11,770 nt of DNA, taken from a virus. Taxonomy: Duplodnaviria > Heunggongvirae > Uroviricota > Caudoviricetes. This document shows, piece by piece, positions 1 to 8,232 of the stretch (its first letter is position 1; each line of letters starts with the position of its first letter). Made by a program: the position numbers and the translations under genes. The notes below the pieces were generated by a model. It was not told the DNA's origin, searched no databases, and saw only the letters and a list, made by a program, of their open reading frames with translations. The stretch lies in IMG/VR virus record IMGVR_UViG_2703718871_000003, one strand, 5' to 3'.

Positions 1-25
1 TCCCGTAAACCGAGGTTATCGATAA
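1..25. other. Candidate site-specific DNA invertase crossover site (gix/hix/cix/pix-like), truncated by the window edge
   Basis: Minus-strand sequence TTATCGATAACC-TC-GGTTTACGGGA (reverse complement of plus 1..25) is two imperfect inverted ~12-bp half-sites sharing an inner AAACC, around a 2-bp core. It matches my recalled gix consensus TTATCCAAAACCTCGGTTTACAGGAA at about 23 of the 25 visible positions. It lies inside the tail fiber reading frame, the position where Mu-type G segments begin. The consensus is from memory and was not searched. Confidence 0.55.
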
Positions 26-542
26 AGGTTCCTTTGTCCTGGATATCCGCGCCATTCTGGTCCCTGCGCAGGTAACGGTTATCACCTTCGCTCCTGCTGT
101 AAACATCCAGATTATTACGGGCGGTTTCCGCATTCTCCAGGTCGGCAAGGTTCTGATCCTTCGCCAGGGCATTAACGTCAGCGGGACCAAGACTGTTTTT
201 TGTGGCAAGCGTCCCCAGACCAAGATAACCACGGGCCAGACGCTGGGCTTCCGCACCGGCATCAGCAATTTCTTTCAGGTTGTTTTTCCGGGAAAAGGCA
301 TTCGCAGCGATAATGGCTTTAATGGACAGCGTAAGCTGGTTTAACTGCGCCTTATCCGGCTGAATACTGGCTTCAGCCAGAATATTCAGCAGTTCGGCCT
401 GGAGAATATTCAGCCAGTCCTGACCAATCCAGCTGATACCTTTTTGTCCGTCACCTTCGGTAAACCAGGTGGTGGTATTACTCTGCGCCGGAGCCAGTTC
501 AGGCATATTCGCCACGCCGGAATTATTATCAACATGGAACAT
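1..542 (-). CDS. Tail fiber protein, N-terminal constant region (partial; 3' end lies beyond window position 1)
   Basis: ATG at 542..540 preceded by AGAGGAGAA about 8 nt upstream. Translation MFHVDNNSGVANMPELAPAQSNTTTWFTEGDGQKGISWIGQ... and ending ...QNGADIQDKGTFIDNLGLR stays open to the window edge. Position immediately after the gp48-like gene matches Mu-like synteny, and the N-terminus resembles conserved enterobacterial Mu-like tail fiber N-termini (recalled). Confidence 0.75.
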   Translation of the reverse strand, partial: MFHVDNNSGVANMPELAPAQSNTTTWFTEGDGQKGISWIGQDWLNILQAELLNILAEASIQPDKAQLNQLTLSIKAIIAANAFSRKNNLKEIADAGAEAQRLARGYLGLGTLATKNSLGPADVNALAKDQNLADLENAETARNNLDVYSRSEGDNRYLRRDQNGADIQDKGTFIDNLGLR

Positions 543-602
543 TAAATATTCTCCTCTTTGTGACTGTTTGCATACACGTAAATAAACGTCTGCCATGCAG
601 GC

Positions 603-989
603 TTATAACGGTTCAGAATACATTCCAGCGCACCAAATATCTATTTCATAACCAAACTCTGCCGCAAACCGGATATAAAATTCACGGTTAAGAGAGGGTT
701 TCATCCGGTATTTATTCCCTGCATAACGCTGACGTTCCTGAATGGTTGCGCCGGTCATATCACATTCCGGTAACCCCAGATAACGCTCCCAGTCTTCCAG
801 CAGCAGACGGGATGAATCAGGAAAACGTTCTGCCAGCATCTGGTTACCGGTCCAGGAAACACGCTCCGTGGAATGACTGAGGCCCAGGCACAAAGCCGCA
901 AGAACGGATGACGGCCGCTTATCCCATGCCAGCCCGTCAGGCAGCAACTGCAACAGGGCGCGCTGATGCGGGGTCAGGGTTACAGCCAT
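603..989 (-). CDS. Baseplate/tail protein, Mu gp48-like (DUF2313/YmfQ-like)
   Basis: 128-aa ORF with LLP.G.AW and DWERYLGLP motifs that I recall as characteristic of the Mu gp48/YmfQ family. Its start overlaps the end of the J-like gene by 10 bp, and it sits between baseplate J and tail fiber. Confidence 0.7.
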   Translation of the reverse strand: MAVTLTPHQRALLQLLPDGLAWDKRPSSVLAALCLGLSHSTERVSWTGNQMLAERFPDSSRLLLEDWERYLGLPECDMTGATIQERQRYAGNKYRMKPSLNREFYIRFAAEFGYEIDIWCAGMYSEPL

Positions 990-2065
990 GTGATTTCCCC
1001 CACGGTCAGCAACTCTGTATCTCCGGCCATCACGGACTTCAGCGGACTGCGAACTTCAAAATCCTCCAGTCCTTTCACCCCTGCAACAGCCCGCCAGAAT
1101 GATGAAGGCAATACAAGTCCACCCGGCCGCGATTCGTTATAAAGCAGGTCCGTTAATGCCTGTTTTACGGCAGCCTGATTTTCCGGCGTTTTGGGTACAA
1201 TCCTGATCTCAAACGCCACCGGCTTATTGGTCAGCTTAAACACGCTGATTGTCGGCCCAAGTGGCTGACCAACGGGCTGGCCCGTCGCCGGATCATCATG
1301 ACTGCGGATATAATCCGCCACCCGCTTCACATCACCTTCTCCGGGGAAAATGTCAGGGTTATTATCCTGAACAAAAGTCACACCAACACTACCCGCCTCA
1401 GGCCATTCAGGCTTACACCATGCCCGCGTCACGCCCGGTACTTCCCGTGCCCAGCGTTCAAAATCATACTGTGTTCCCCCTGATGGCGGGTTCTGTACCC
1501 GGAATACCAGCCTGGACAGCAACTCCGGCACCGTTTCCACATCCGCACCACCGGTGAGTCCCGTGCCGGTAACCGTGGCTGTCTGGTTGATGCCCGCCTG
1601 TGGCGTGATAAAGGACAGGCGGGTTCCGGTCGGGGTATTTCCGGCGCGCCCCGCACTTTCCGCCTCCACATTAACATTCAGTGTTCCGGCTTTTCCGGTC
1701 GCAGAGCCGGTGATGCGGTACACAACACCATCGCTTCGCTGAAGGAGTACGCCTTCCGTGATCCCTGCATCCGTGGTCAGCATCAGTTGTACCGGTCCGT
1801 CAGCGCGGGAAGCCGGTTTACGGATGACACCCCAGAATGCGCAGTGTTTCAGGAGTTCGGCTTCATCAGCTTCTGTCGGAATTATCTGCCGGGAGATCCA
1901 GGCCAGATGTTCATGCTCCTGTGCTGACAGACCCGCCAGTGCATACGCAATGGCATTCAGGGTGGTTTCATTCACGCCCGGCTGCGAACCGGGCAGGCGC
2001 TGGCTGATATCCTGTTGTGTCTGTGTGATCAGTTGCGCCAGTGGTAAGGGCTGATAAGGCATCAT
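980..2065 (-). CDS. Baseplate J-like protein (Mu gp47-like)
   Basis: 361-aa ORF, size and position typical of baseplate J family proteins. Start MM at 2065/2062 is preceded by AAGGGGGAA and forms an ATGA overlap with the stop of the upstream gp46-like gene. Confidence 0.85.
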   Translation of the reverse strand: MMPYQPLPLAQLITQTQQDISQRLPGSQPGVNETTLNAIAYALAGLSAQEHEHLAWISRQIIPTEADEAELLKHCAFWGVIRKPASRADGPVQLMLTTDAGITEGVLLQRSDGVVYRITGSATGKAGTLNVNVEAESAGRAGNTPTGTRLSFITPQAGINQTATVTGTGLTGGADVETVPELLSRLVFRVQNPPSGGTQYDFERWAREVPGVTRAWCKPEWPEAGSVGVTFVQDNNPDIFPGEGDVKRVADYIRSHDDPATGQPVGQPLGPTISVFKLTNKPVAFEIRIVPKTPENQAAVKQALTDLLYNESRPGGLVLPSSFWRAVAGVKGLEDFEVRSPLKSVMAGDTELLTVGEITWL

Positions 2066-2499
2066 TCCCCCTTCATATCAGCATAAAAAATCATCGGATG
2101 TCTGCTTCCGTCCGGCAGGGTGATTTTCACGGAAAGCGAAAGGCGATCATGCCCCACACGCATGGCATGACATACCACGGATGTGGCAGCACCGCTTTTA
2201 TGCAGCCACGCCAGCGCTTCATCAGCATAGGCCTGTGCACGGCTGACCACGGAGGACAGCGTCTTTTCACGGCTTAACAGCCAGAGACGGGAGCCAATGG
2301 GGCGCTCCCGGAAACTGTCTCCCCACCATCCCCGACGGTCACGGGTGCCGTCAGGGATTTCATCGGAATCCAGCGCCCGCCTGTCCGTAAACAGTGAAAT
2401 AATGACCGCAGTCAGCAGGCTGTTATCCGTCAGAAGATCTGCGCCGTTCAGTTGCAGGGAACCACAACCCTGATCCCAGACGACAGCAATATCAGCCAT
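2062..2499 (-). CDS. Baseplate protein, Mu gp46-like
   Basis: I start this gene at the internal ATG (2499..2497, MADIAVVWDQ...), which has a GGGAGGA RBS and gives about 145 aa, matching the gp46 family size. The track ORF 2062..2712 begins earlier but its 5' part would run through most of the gp45-like gene in another frame. Chosen start overlaps the gp45-like stop by 8 bp. Confidence 0.75.
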   Translation of the reverse strand: MADIAVVWDQGCGSLQLNGADLLTDNSLLTAVIISLFTDRRALDSDEIPDGTRDRRGWWGDSFRERPIGSRLWLLSREKTLSSVVSRAQAYADEALAWLHKSGAATSVVCHAMRVGHDRLSLSVKITLPDGSRHPMIFYADMKGE

Positions 2500-3106
2500 T
2501 CTCTGGTCCTCCCGTTTTGCTGCCTTCACCGTTATCGTGATGCACATGACCTGAATAGGTGATCCCGGCAATAACCGCTTCGGACATCGTGAACGCCCCC
2601 TGTGATCTTCCGGTGCCGTCAATGGACACATTGCCTTTGACATGCAGGTTCTTATCCACTGTGATATTACCGGTAAAGTGAGCCTCCGGTGTATCCACCT
2701 GAACACCTTCATCGGCGTAAATCTCCAGCGTCTTACAGGTCACAATGATCCGGCCGTTCTTTGTCAGACGTATACGGTGCCCCTCATGGTGATACACGCC
2801 GGTATCTCCGGCGGTAAGTCCGGTCGGGCGACTGCGGCGGTCTTCCACCACAAGCACCACGGCCTGATCCCGTTGTCCGCCAGCACAGGCCAGAAAAACT
2901 TCCGCACCAGGCAGGGGGACGCTGATTTGCCCGTACTGCTGGGGGCGTTCAACGTCATCAAAGGTTTCACCATCCATACCGGTGATTTGCACATTCTGGA
3001 TTTTCAGCGTGTCCGTTGTGCCGGTCAGTACACCACGCCCGAACAGCAGACGAACACCCCGCATCACGGGGGCCAGAAGGCGGCTGATGACTTCGTCATT
3101 CATCAT
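2492..3106 (-). CDS. Baseplate spike / assembly protein V-like (Mu gp45-like, P2 gpV-like)
   Basis: 204-aa ORF with MM start at 3106/3103 and AGGGGA RBS. Size and position between hub and gp46-like match gpV-type spikes. C-terminus carries HVHHD (2537..2548), consistent with the His-rich metal-binding tip described for some gpV-type spikes. Confidence 0.8.
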   Translation of the reverse strand: MMNDEVISRLLAPVMRGVRLLFGRGVLTGTTDTLKIQNVQITGMDGETFDDVERPQQYGQISVPLPGAEVFLACAGGQRDQAVVLVVEDRRSRPTGLTAGDTGVYHHEGHRIRLTKNGRIIVTCKTLEIYADEGVQVDTPEAHFTGNITVDKNLHVKGNVSIDGTGRSQGAFTMSEAVIAGITYSGHVHHDNGEGSKTGGPENG

Positions 3107-4220
3107 TGAATTTAATCCCCTGTTTTTTCATCTGTGCCCGCACGAAGGCGTCCACGTCACCCGCATTTCCGCTTCCGCTGTTTCCCGGCTCTGCCGGAAC
3201 AATAAAGCCGTCACGGGGTGCCAGAATCAGACGGGTGGTTTCGCCGTGATTTGCATCCAGCGAAAACTCCACCTGACAGACAAGAAGATCACGCTCTTCC
3301 ACTCCGGTGCGGGGAGCCGTGACAGCCGTCAGCAGGTTGATATCCCACAACTGGCCGTTCTCCCGAAACCAGTGCCGCACGGTGGCTGTCAGGCGCACAG
3401 AGCGGGCAACCGCCCGGCGCATTTCCCGGACAGCCCTCTGGCGTGCACCGTCTGCATCAACAGCATGATCCGCCAGCACAATTTTCGGTCTGTAACGGTG
3501 GATGGCACTGTCTGTCACCGTACCAACTGGTGCGGCCAGCGTTCCGGCTGTCAGTGCATCCCCGGCATGACCACCACCACGCCCGTGCCCCCGTACACGG
3601 TATTCACTGTGGCGCAGACGGTGATCCACGTTGTGATCCAAATCCAGCAGATTTTCGCCCAGCGTCAGCGTGTCGCCACGCTGACTGCCGGCCTGAGTGA
3701 AAACCAGTTCACCGGCGGCATTACTGGTTACCAGGACGCCTCTGTGTCTCGCGGCCCGTGTCAGCGCATCTGCCACGGTTTCTGAATTTTCCAGTGTGAA
3801 GGTGGAAAAGGGCCGGGCTGCCGTTGCATCATTTACCTGCCAGCGCACCGTGACCCCGAACGGAGCACACAAATCTGAAGCAATGTGCTCCAGCGTGCGG
3901 TTCCTCCACTGGCTGCCCGGATGAATGGCTGAACAGTCCACCAGGTCACCGGTTTTATCCCGTCCGCTGAGCGTGATCTGAAAACGCGTGGCGCTGATGC
4001 GCTGCCGGACCTGATCCAGCCAGCCAGTGATCACAGGCTGACCGTCAATGCGCAATTCCAGAGACTGACCGGCACGGACGGATGACGGAAGGCGTACACC
4101 GGGCATCATTACCCCCAGTTCAAAGGAACCCGCCAGATGTTCAAGAGAGCGACGAACACTCACCGTCAGCCAGCCGGAAAAAATCTCACCGCCCAGATAC
4201 AGTTCAACCCTGCTGCTCAC
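3096..4220 (-). CDS. Baseplate hub protein (Mu P/gp44-like, P2 gpD-like)
   Basis: 374-aa ORF. Start is GTG at 4220..4218 (first in-frame start codon) with a strong GGAGGTG RBS about 5 nt upstream. Overlaps the end of the N-like gene by 17 bp. Size and position match Mu gp44. Confidence 0.8.
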   Translation of the reverse strand: MSSRVELYLGGEIFSGWLTVSVRRSLEHLAGSFELGVMMPGVRLPSSVRAGQSLELRIDGQPVITGWLDQVRQRISATRFQITLSGRDKTGDLVDCSAIHPGSQWRNRTLEHIASDLCAPFGVTVRWQVNDATAARPFSTFTLENSETVADALTRAARHRGVLVTSNAAGELVFTQAGSQRGDTLTLGENLLDLDHNVDHRLRHSEYRVRGHGRGGGHAGDALTAGTLAAPVGTVTDSAIHRYRPKIVLADHAVDADGARQRAVREMRRAVARSVRLTATVRHWFRENGQLWDINLLTAVTAPRTGVEERDLLVCQVEFSLDANHGETTRLILAPRDGFIVPAEPGNSGSGNAGDVDAFVRAQMKKQGIKFNDE

Positions 4221-5553
4221 TAATCACCTCCACTGAATGGCCTCCGGGAATGAACAGCGGATCAACAATACCGTTACGGCGCACAAAACGTTGCCAGCCG
4301 GTACTGTTCCCGGTGGCACGGTACAGGGTCACCAGTGCAGGCTCGGTGGTACGTACAGTCACTACTGTTGCACCGGGTAGCTGAACTCCCCGTGTATTCA
4401 GATCCTCTGTCAGTGCCAGTCTGGCATCACGAAGCGTCAGCGCCGTGGCGGTATACCCCTGCCCGGACAGTGTCATCACCTGCCGTTCGAGCGCTTCGCT
4501 TAAGTCACGGTTAATGCGCTGAAGATCAACTGAACTTTCCAGCCAGACAGGCCAGGTACGGTGGGCTGCGTCACTGTCCGGCAGGGTTTCCTGACTGAGA
4601 ACCTGATCCAGCAGTTTTCCCACGGTCTGTGCCTGGGCCACCACGGCAGCACTCTGCATTACCGCCCGTATCAGACGAATATTCTTTTGTGCTGCCGGTG
4701 TCAGACCGATGAGAGTCTGCGGATTATCTTGCTCATCCAGCACGTAACGCAGGGAAGATAATGTCCTGTACAGTTGCGGCATTCCCTGAGAGACGGCGGA
4801 TGTCGTCCGGCCGATACTGCCACCGGGCCGGGTATTCAGGCCTCCTGAAGACAGTGACGGCAGCGATGGCAGGGTGATCAGGGCACTGAAAAGCCCCGCA
4901 AAAGATGAGGCCATGCGGGAAGGTGCTGTCAGTAATGCCGTGGCATTCCCTTTCAGCGCCGTGAACGTGGCAGTAAAGGCACTGATATCCTGTACAATCC
5001 CCATGCCGGAAACGGCATTTTCCAGGGCGGACACCTTATCACTGATGGTTTCGGTCATTGCCTGGACATCGTGCATTCCGTCAGAGATCACCGTCCAGCC
5101 TGCTTCCAGGGTTTCAAAAACCTGCCCGAGCGCGGTGGTACTCTTCTGCTCCAGAATGGCGGCCGTGTCCTGTGTGACAGCAGGTGCGGTATCATCACTT
5201 ACCGGCGTGACATTAATGGTGAACTCAACCACGCCCTGTTCAGCGGCGTTATAACGACTTTCAAAGCTGTTTATCAGCACATTTAACGTGCCGTAATCCG
5301 GGTGAAGCAGCTCCCCGGCACCGGGAGCACGAAGGGCATCACGCAGACGATTTCGCTGTGTCTGAACATCATCCCCCATCACAAGTACACTGAACGTAAA
5401 TTCAGTCAGTTTAGGTCCCAGATCGTCTGCCCCACCGGTTTCCCGTAACGGATATTCCCGACGGACAATGTTTCGCCCACCACGTTCGCGCTGCTCACGC
5501 CAGACGAGGAACGGCACACCACGGAACGCACCACGACCGTCACCAGAGGCCAT
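4204..5553 (-). CDS. DNA circularization protein N-like (Mu gp43-like)
   Basis: About 450 aa in the expected position between tape measure and baseplate hub. I prefer the ATG at 5553 (MASGDGRG...) because GGAGGG lies about 6 nt upstream. The track ORF starts 7 codons earlier at 5574, which would overlap the tape measure end by 35 bp. Confidence 0.75.
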   Translation of the reverse strand: MASGDGRGAFRGVPFLVWREQRERGGRNIVRREYPLRETGGADDLGPKLTEFTFSVLVMGDDVQTQRNRLRDALRAPGAGELLHPDYGTLNVLINSFESRYNAAEQGVVEFTINVTPVSDDTAPAVTQDTAAILEQKSTTALGQVFETLEAGWTVISDGMHDVQAMTETISDKVSALENAVSGMGIVQDISAFTATFTALKGNATALLTAPSRMASSFAGLFSALITLPSLPSLSSGGLNTRPGGSIGRTTSAVSQGMPQLYRTLSSLRYVLDEQDNPQTLIGLTPAAQKNIRLIRAVMQSAAVVAQAQTVGKLLDQVLSQETLPDSDAAHRTWPVWLESSVDLQRINRDLSEALERQVMTLSGQGYTATALTLRDARLALTEDLNTRGVQLPGATVVTVRTTEPALVTLYRATGNSTGWQRFVRRNGIVDPLFIPGGHSVEVISEQQG

Positions 5554-7615
5554 AATTCCCTCCGTTCCAGACATTCACATCCAGTCCGTGACCGGACGTG
5601 TCATCAATATCAATACTGCGAGCCTGCCACCCTTCCGGGGCAACCAGCTCCACACGGGCAGAGGCTTTTTGTACCGCCTGTCCACTGCTTTCATCATCAC
5701 TGCCCCGTAATTTCTGCCAGGCTTCAGTCAGCCATCCCCCCAGATAGTTACCGAGATAGCTGCCCACCGTAGAACCAATGGCAATCCCCACAGGTCCGGC
5801 TGCCGCCCCCAGCGCACCACCGGCAATACTGCCTGCAAGAGAGCCGACCGCTTCTCCCTTGTCTGTGGCACTGGCGCTGCCATCCAGCAGAACCGGGGCT
5901 GCCATCGCGCCAGCCCACAGGGCACCTCCACCCAGCCGGCCGGCCAGTCCACCGGCACTGCGGAAAAAGCCGGAGAAACGCCCCAGCCCCATGCGGCTAC
6001 CGACAGACGAAAGTAACCCACCGGCGCGCCCCATCATGCGCCCCCAGAACCCTGCCCCACCAGAAGAGGGAGACGGTGGCACTGGGGACGGTGGCAGGGG
6101 AGGCGTGACCGGTCTTCCGCGCCCCGGTCCGCGTTTCCTGCGGCCCCGCCCCTGACGTCCGCCTGAGGATGTATCGGTCGCGCCGGTGCCGGACAGTCCT
6201 CCTGTGGGCCAGTTTGTTACAAGTACTGGCTGAACGGCTGCCGGATTTACCCCGGTAAGAAAGTTTATAAAACGTTGCCCTCGTCCCTGAGATGTGCCTG
6301 GTGGTGTTCCGGCCGGAGGAGAGCGCCGGAAAGGTGAGGTAAGGAAGGCCGCCGCTGATAATCCGTATCCCAGCAATGCAGCACCCGGACGTATAATCCC
6401 CGTTCCGACAGCCCGCGCCATTTTCAGGGCACGGGTGGCGAGATACATGTACAGCAGGTATTTCGCGGCGGTCTGTGCCCCCTGACCAATGCGATCCAGC
6501 GCATCACCATAGCCCGCATCCCGCAGAGCCTGAAGCGTGTCGCGTACCTTTCTGATCGCCTGATAAAACCCTGTCACTGCATCACGGGCATACTCAAAGC
6601 CCTGGTTCATGGCTGATGCCGTGCTTTCCGCCAGGGAATGGTAACTGCCATCAGATTTGGCACTGTCAACCCATGAAAGAAATCCCCTGAGATTACCCTT
6701 CAGTTTTTCAAATGGCCCACTGTCCATCACATCCCGGGCAAACTGATCCCAGATGTCACCCATCATGGCCGTCAGGCCACTCCAGGAATTCATTGCGTCC
6801 TTTTGTGCTCCCCTGGCCTGTTCCGCCAGCGTCTGAAATAACAGGCGAATACTGTCCGGCCCAAGCAGCCCTTTTTCACCAAGTTTTCTGACCACTTTCT
6901 GGTCCACACCCAGACGATCAGCCAGCACGCGGTAGGCATTAATGCCGTAGGTGGCAAGAATATTTGCATCCGCTGCCTGAATACTGCCTCTTGCATACAT
7001 CTGTTTCAGTTGCAGGGATGCCCCCTGTGCATCGGACAGTGACCAGCCGCCCACGGCACCCTGATCCTGAAGCATGGTGACAAAATTTCGGGCCTCCCTG
7101 TCACTCATACCAAAGCCCAGACTGGACGTATATTCCTGCATGACGCCAGCCAGCCCCCAGGTGGTTTCCTTCGCATTCTGTATTGCCCACCTGCGGACAT
7201 CATCAGTTTTCGCCCGATCCCCTTTGTAAAGGGAGTTCAGGCGAATCATATAGGTTTCCATCTCCGCTGCCGGGCGAATAAATCCCCGGTTAAAGCCATA
7301 TACAGCTGCACCACCGGCCAGCATTCCGTAAAGATTGCTGATCCGCCCGATGGTGCCGGTAATACTGCCCTGAAGACGGTCAAAATCAGAAGTGACATGG
7401 CGGATACTGCCCCGCACCCCGGCCAGCGTGCGCTGCATCCTGCTTCCGAGTACATCTGTTTCCTGCCCGGCACGGCGGGCAGCATTTCCCAGGCCACCCA
7501 GCCCCGCCTGGCCGGAGCGTGAGAATGCCCCCAGCTCCTGTGACCACTGGCGGGATTTGGCTGAGATATTGCCGAGCAAATCAACTATCAGAGATGCTCT
7601 GAGATTTCGGGCCAT
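5540..7615 (-). CDS. Tail tape measure protein
   Basis: 691-aa ORF immediately downstream of the chaperone pair. The C-terminal third holds Gly-rich hydrophobic glycine-zipper-like segments (GSIAGGALGAAAGPVGIAIGSTVGSYLGNYLGGWL) and Arg/Pro-rich low complexity. Length fits a Mu-size contractile tail of roughly 100 nm. Confidence 0.85.
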   Translation of the reverse strand: MARNLRASLIVDLLGNISAKSRQWSQELGAFSRSGQAGLGGLGNAARRAGQETDVLGSRMQRTLAGVRGSIRHVTSDFDRLQGSITGTIGRISNLYGMLAGGAAVYGFNRGFIRPAAEMETYMIRLNSLYKGDRAKTDDVRRWAIQNAKETTWGLAGVMQEYTSSLGFGMSDREARNFVTMLQDQGAVGGWSLSDAQGASLQLKQMYARGSIQAADANILATYGINAYRVLADRLGVDQKVVRKLGEKGLLGPDSIRLLFQTLAEQARGAQKDAMNSWSGLTAMMGDIWDQFARDVMDSGPFEKLKGNLRGFLSWVDSAKSDGSYHSLAESTASAMNQGFEYARDAVTGFYQAIRKVRDTLQALRDAGYGDALDRIGQGAQTAAKYLLYMYLATRALKMARAVGTGIIRPGAALLGYGLSAAAFLTSPFRRSPPAGTPPGTSQGRGQRFINFLTGVNPAAVQPVLVTNWPTGGLSGTGATDTSSGGRQGRGRRKRGPGRGRPVTPPLPPSPVPPSPSSGGAGFWGRMMGRAGGLLSSVGSRMGLGRFSGFFRSAGGLAGRLGGGALWAGAMAAPVLLDGSASATDKGEAVGSLAGSIAGGALGAAAGPVGIAIGSTVGSYLGNYLGGWLTEAWQKLRGSDDESSGQAVQKASARVELVAPEGWQARSIDIDDTSGHGLDVNVWNGGNYGLW

Positions 7616-7617
7616 AC

Positions 7618-7800
7618 TTACTGCTTCGTTCTGATGATTTTTTCTGTCTGTCGGCAGTGCCGGTAAAGTTGCGACAGGGGGAGGTTAAGCGCCCATTCCG
7701 GACCGCTTTTTGTCACCATCCCCAGGATAATTGCCGCTTCTTCAATCTGATCCCGACACTGCGCCTGATCGCCCCCGGTCAGCTGCCAGCTTTCCGGCAA
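7618..7800 (-). CDS. Frameshift extension of the tail assembly chaperone (lambda GT / P2 E+E' analogue), +1 frame relative to the chaperone
   Basis: Reading frame with no ATG at its 5' end (the track initiates it at TTG). It overlaps the last 59 nt of the chaperone ORF and ends at TAA 7618..7620, 2 nt before the tape measure ATG. This is the geometry expected for a chaperone frameshift product. Confidence 0.5.
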   Translation of the reverse strand: MPESWQLTGGDQAQCRDQIEEAAIILGMVTKSGPEWALNLPLSQLYRHCRQTEKIIRTKQ

Positions 7801-8218
7801 GCGCGGTATCCAGCAGGCTGACCGCTGCCATCAGGCGGGAGAGATCGCGCTCGCTTAACTGTCCAATCTGACGGGGTGACAACGGACCTTCAATGTCTCC
7901 CACTGCGGCAATCTGACGGCGCAGCAGTGCAACACCGCGTAACGACGGAGACGCTATCAGCATCGGGCCATTGTTTGTCTCCACCACGCGCTCGGCTTCT
8001 GCTTCTGCGTCAATACTGTCTTTCGCTGTCAGTTCCCGGAACGTGACACGATATTCACGGGTCTCACCAAACGGCAGACCATCAAGCAGATCCACATATC
8101 CCTTTGCCAGTTGCTCTGTCAGCCCGGCAGTGCGTGGATCAGCCCCCTCAAGTGCTTCCCGGATTGCCTCCATCACGGCTGCCTCGGAAACTGCCGTTTT
8201 TTTCTTACGTGTGGTCAT
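7742..8218 (-). CDS. Tail assembly chaperone (Mu gp41-like)
   Basis: ORF between tail tube and tape measure, ending ...KLAADRGRSGAVSGSD. Start taken as ATG 8218 (MTTRKKK...) with AGGA about 8 nt upstream. Alternative is GTG at 8236 forming a GTGA overlap with the tube stop. Confidence 0.7.
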   Translation of the reverse strand: MTTRKKKTAVSEAAVMEAIREALEGADPRTAGLTEQLAKGYVDLLDGLPFGETREYRVTFRELTAKDSIDAEAEAERVVETNNGPMLIASPSLRGVALLRRQIAAVGDIEGPLSPRQIGQLSERDLSRLMAAVSLLDTALAGKLAADRGRSGAVSGSD

Positions 8219-8232
8219 TTTATTTTTCCTGA

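Noticed and set aside
543-602. Possible internal promoter in the 60-bp gap between the gp48-like and tail fiber genes
   Set aside because: I could not identify a convincing -35/-10 pair or a recognisable activator-binding site by eye; the gap contains the fiber RBS and nothing more that I can support.
2500-2712. N-terminal 71-codon extension of the gp46-like ORF (track start at 2712)
   Set aside because: The extension would overlap about 70 codons of the spike gene in another frame. The internal ATG at 2499 has a GGGAGGA RBS and yields a family-typical size.
2982-3785. 267-aa plus-strand ORF
   Set aside because: Lies entirely antisense to the hub and spike genes, which have strong RBSs, coupled junctions and family-like sequence. 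Long antisense ORFs are expected in GC-rich coding DNA, and no RBS or start context is evident.
5778-6155. 125-aa proline/alanine-rich plus-strand ORF
   Set aside because: Translation artefact of the GC-rich, low-complexity DNA encoding the Gly/Arg/Pro-rich part of the tape measure protein on the opposite strand.
6790-7584. Minus-strand ORFs of 68 and 112 aa in alternative frames inside the tape measure gene
   Set aside because: They are nested out-of-frame within a long well-supported ORF, with no independent start context, so they are most likely chance ORFs.
7618-7722. Independent 33-aa ORF starting at the internal ATG (7722..7720) instead of a frameshift fusion
   Set aside because: No obvious RBS, and the frame is open upstream across the chaperone 3' end up to the TGA at 7831..7833, which fits a frameshift extension better. 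Not excluded without experimental data.
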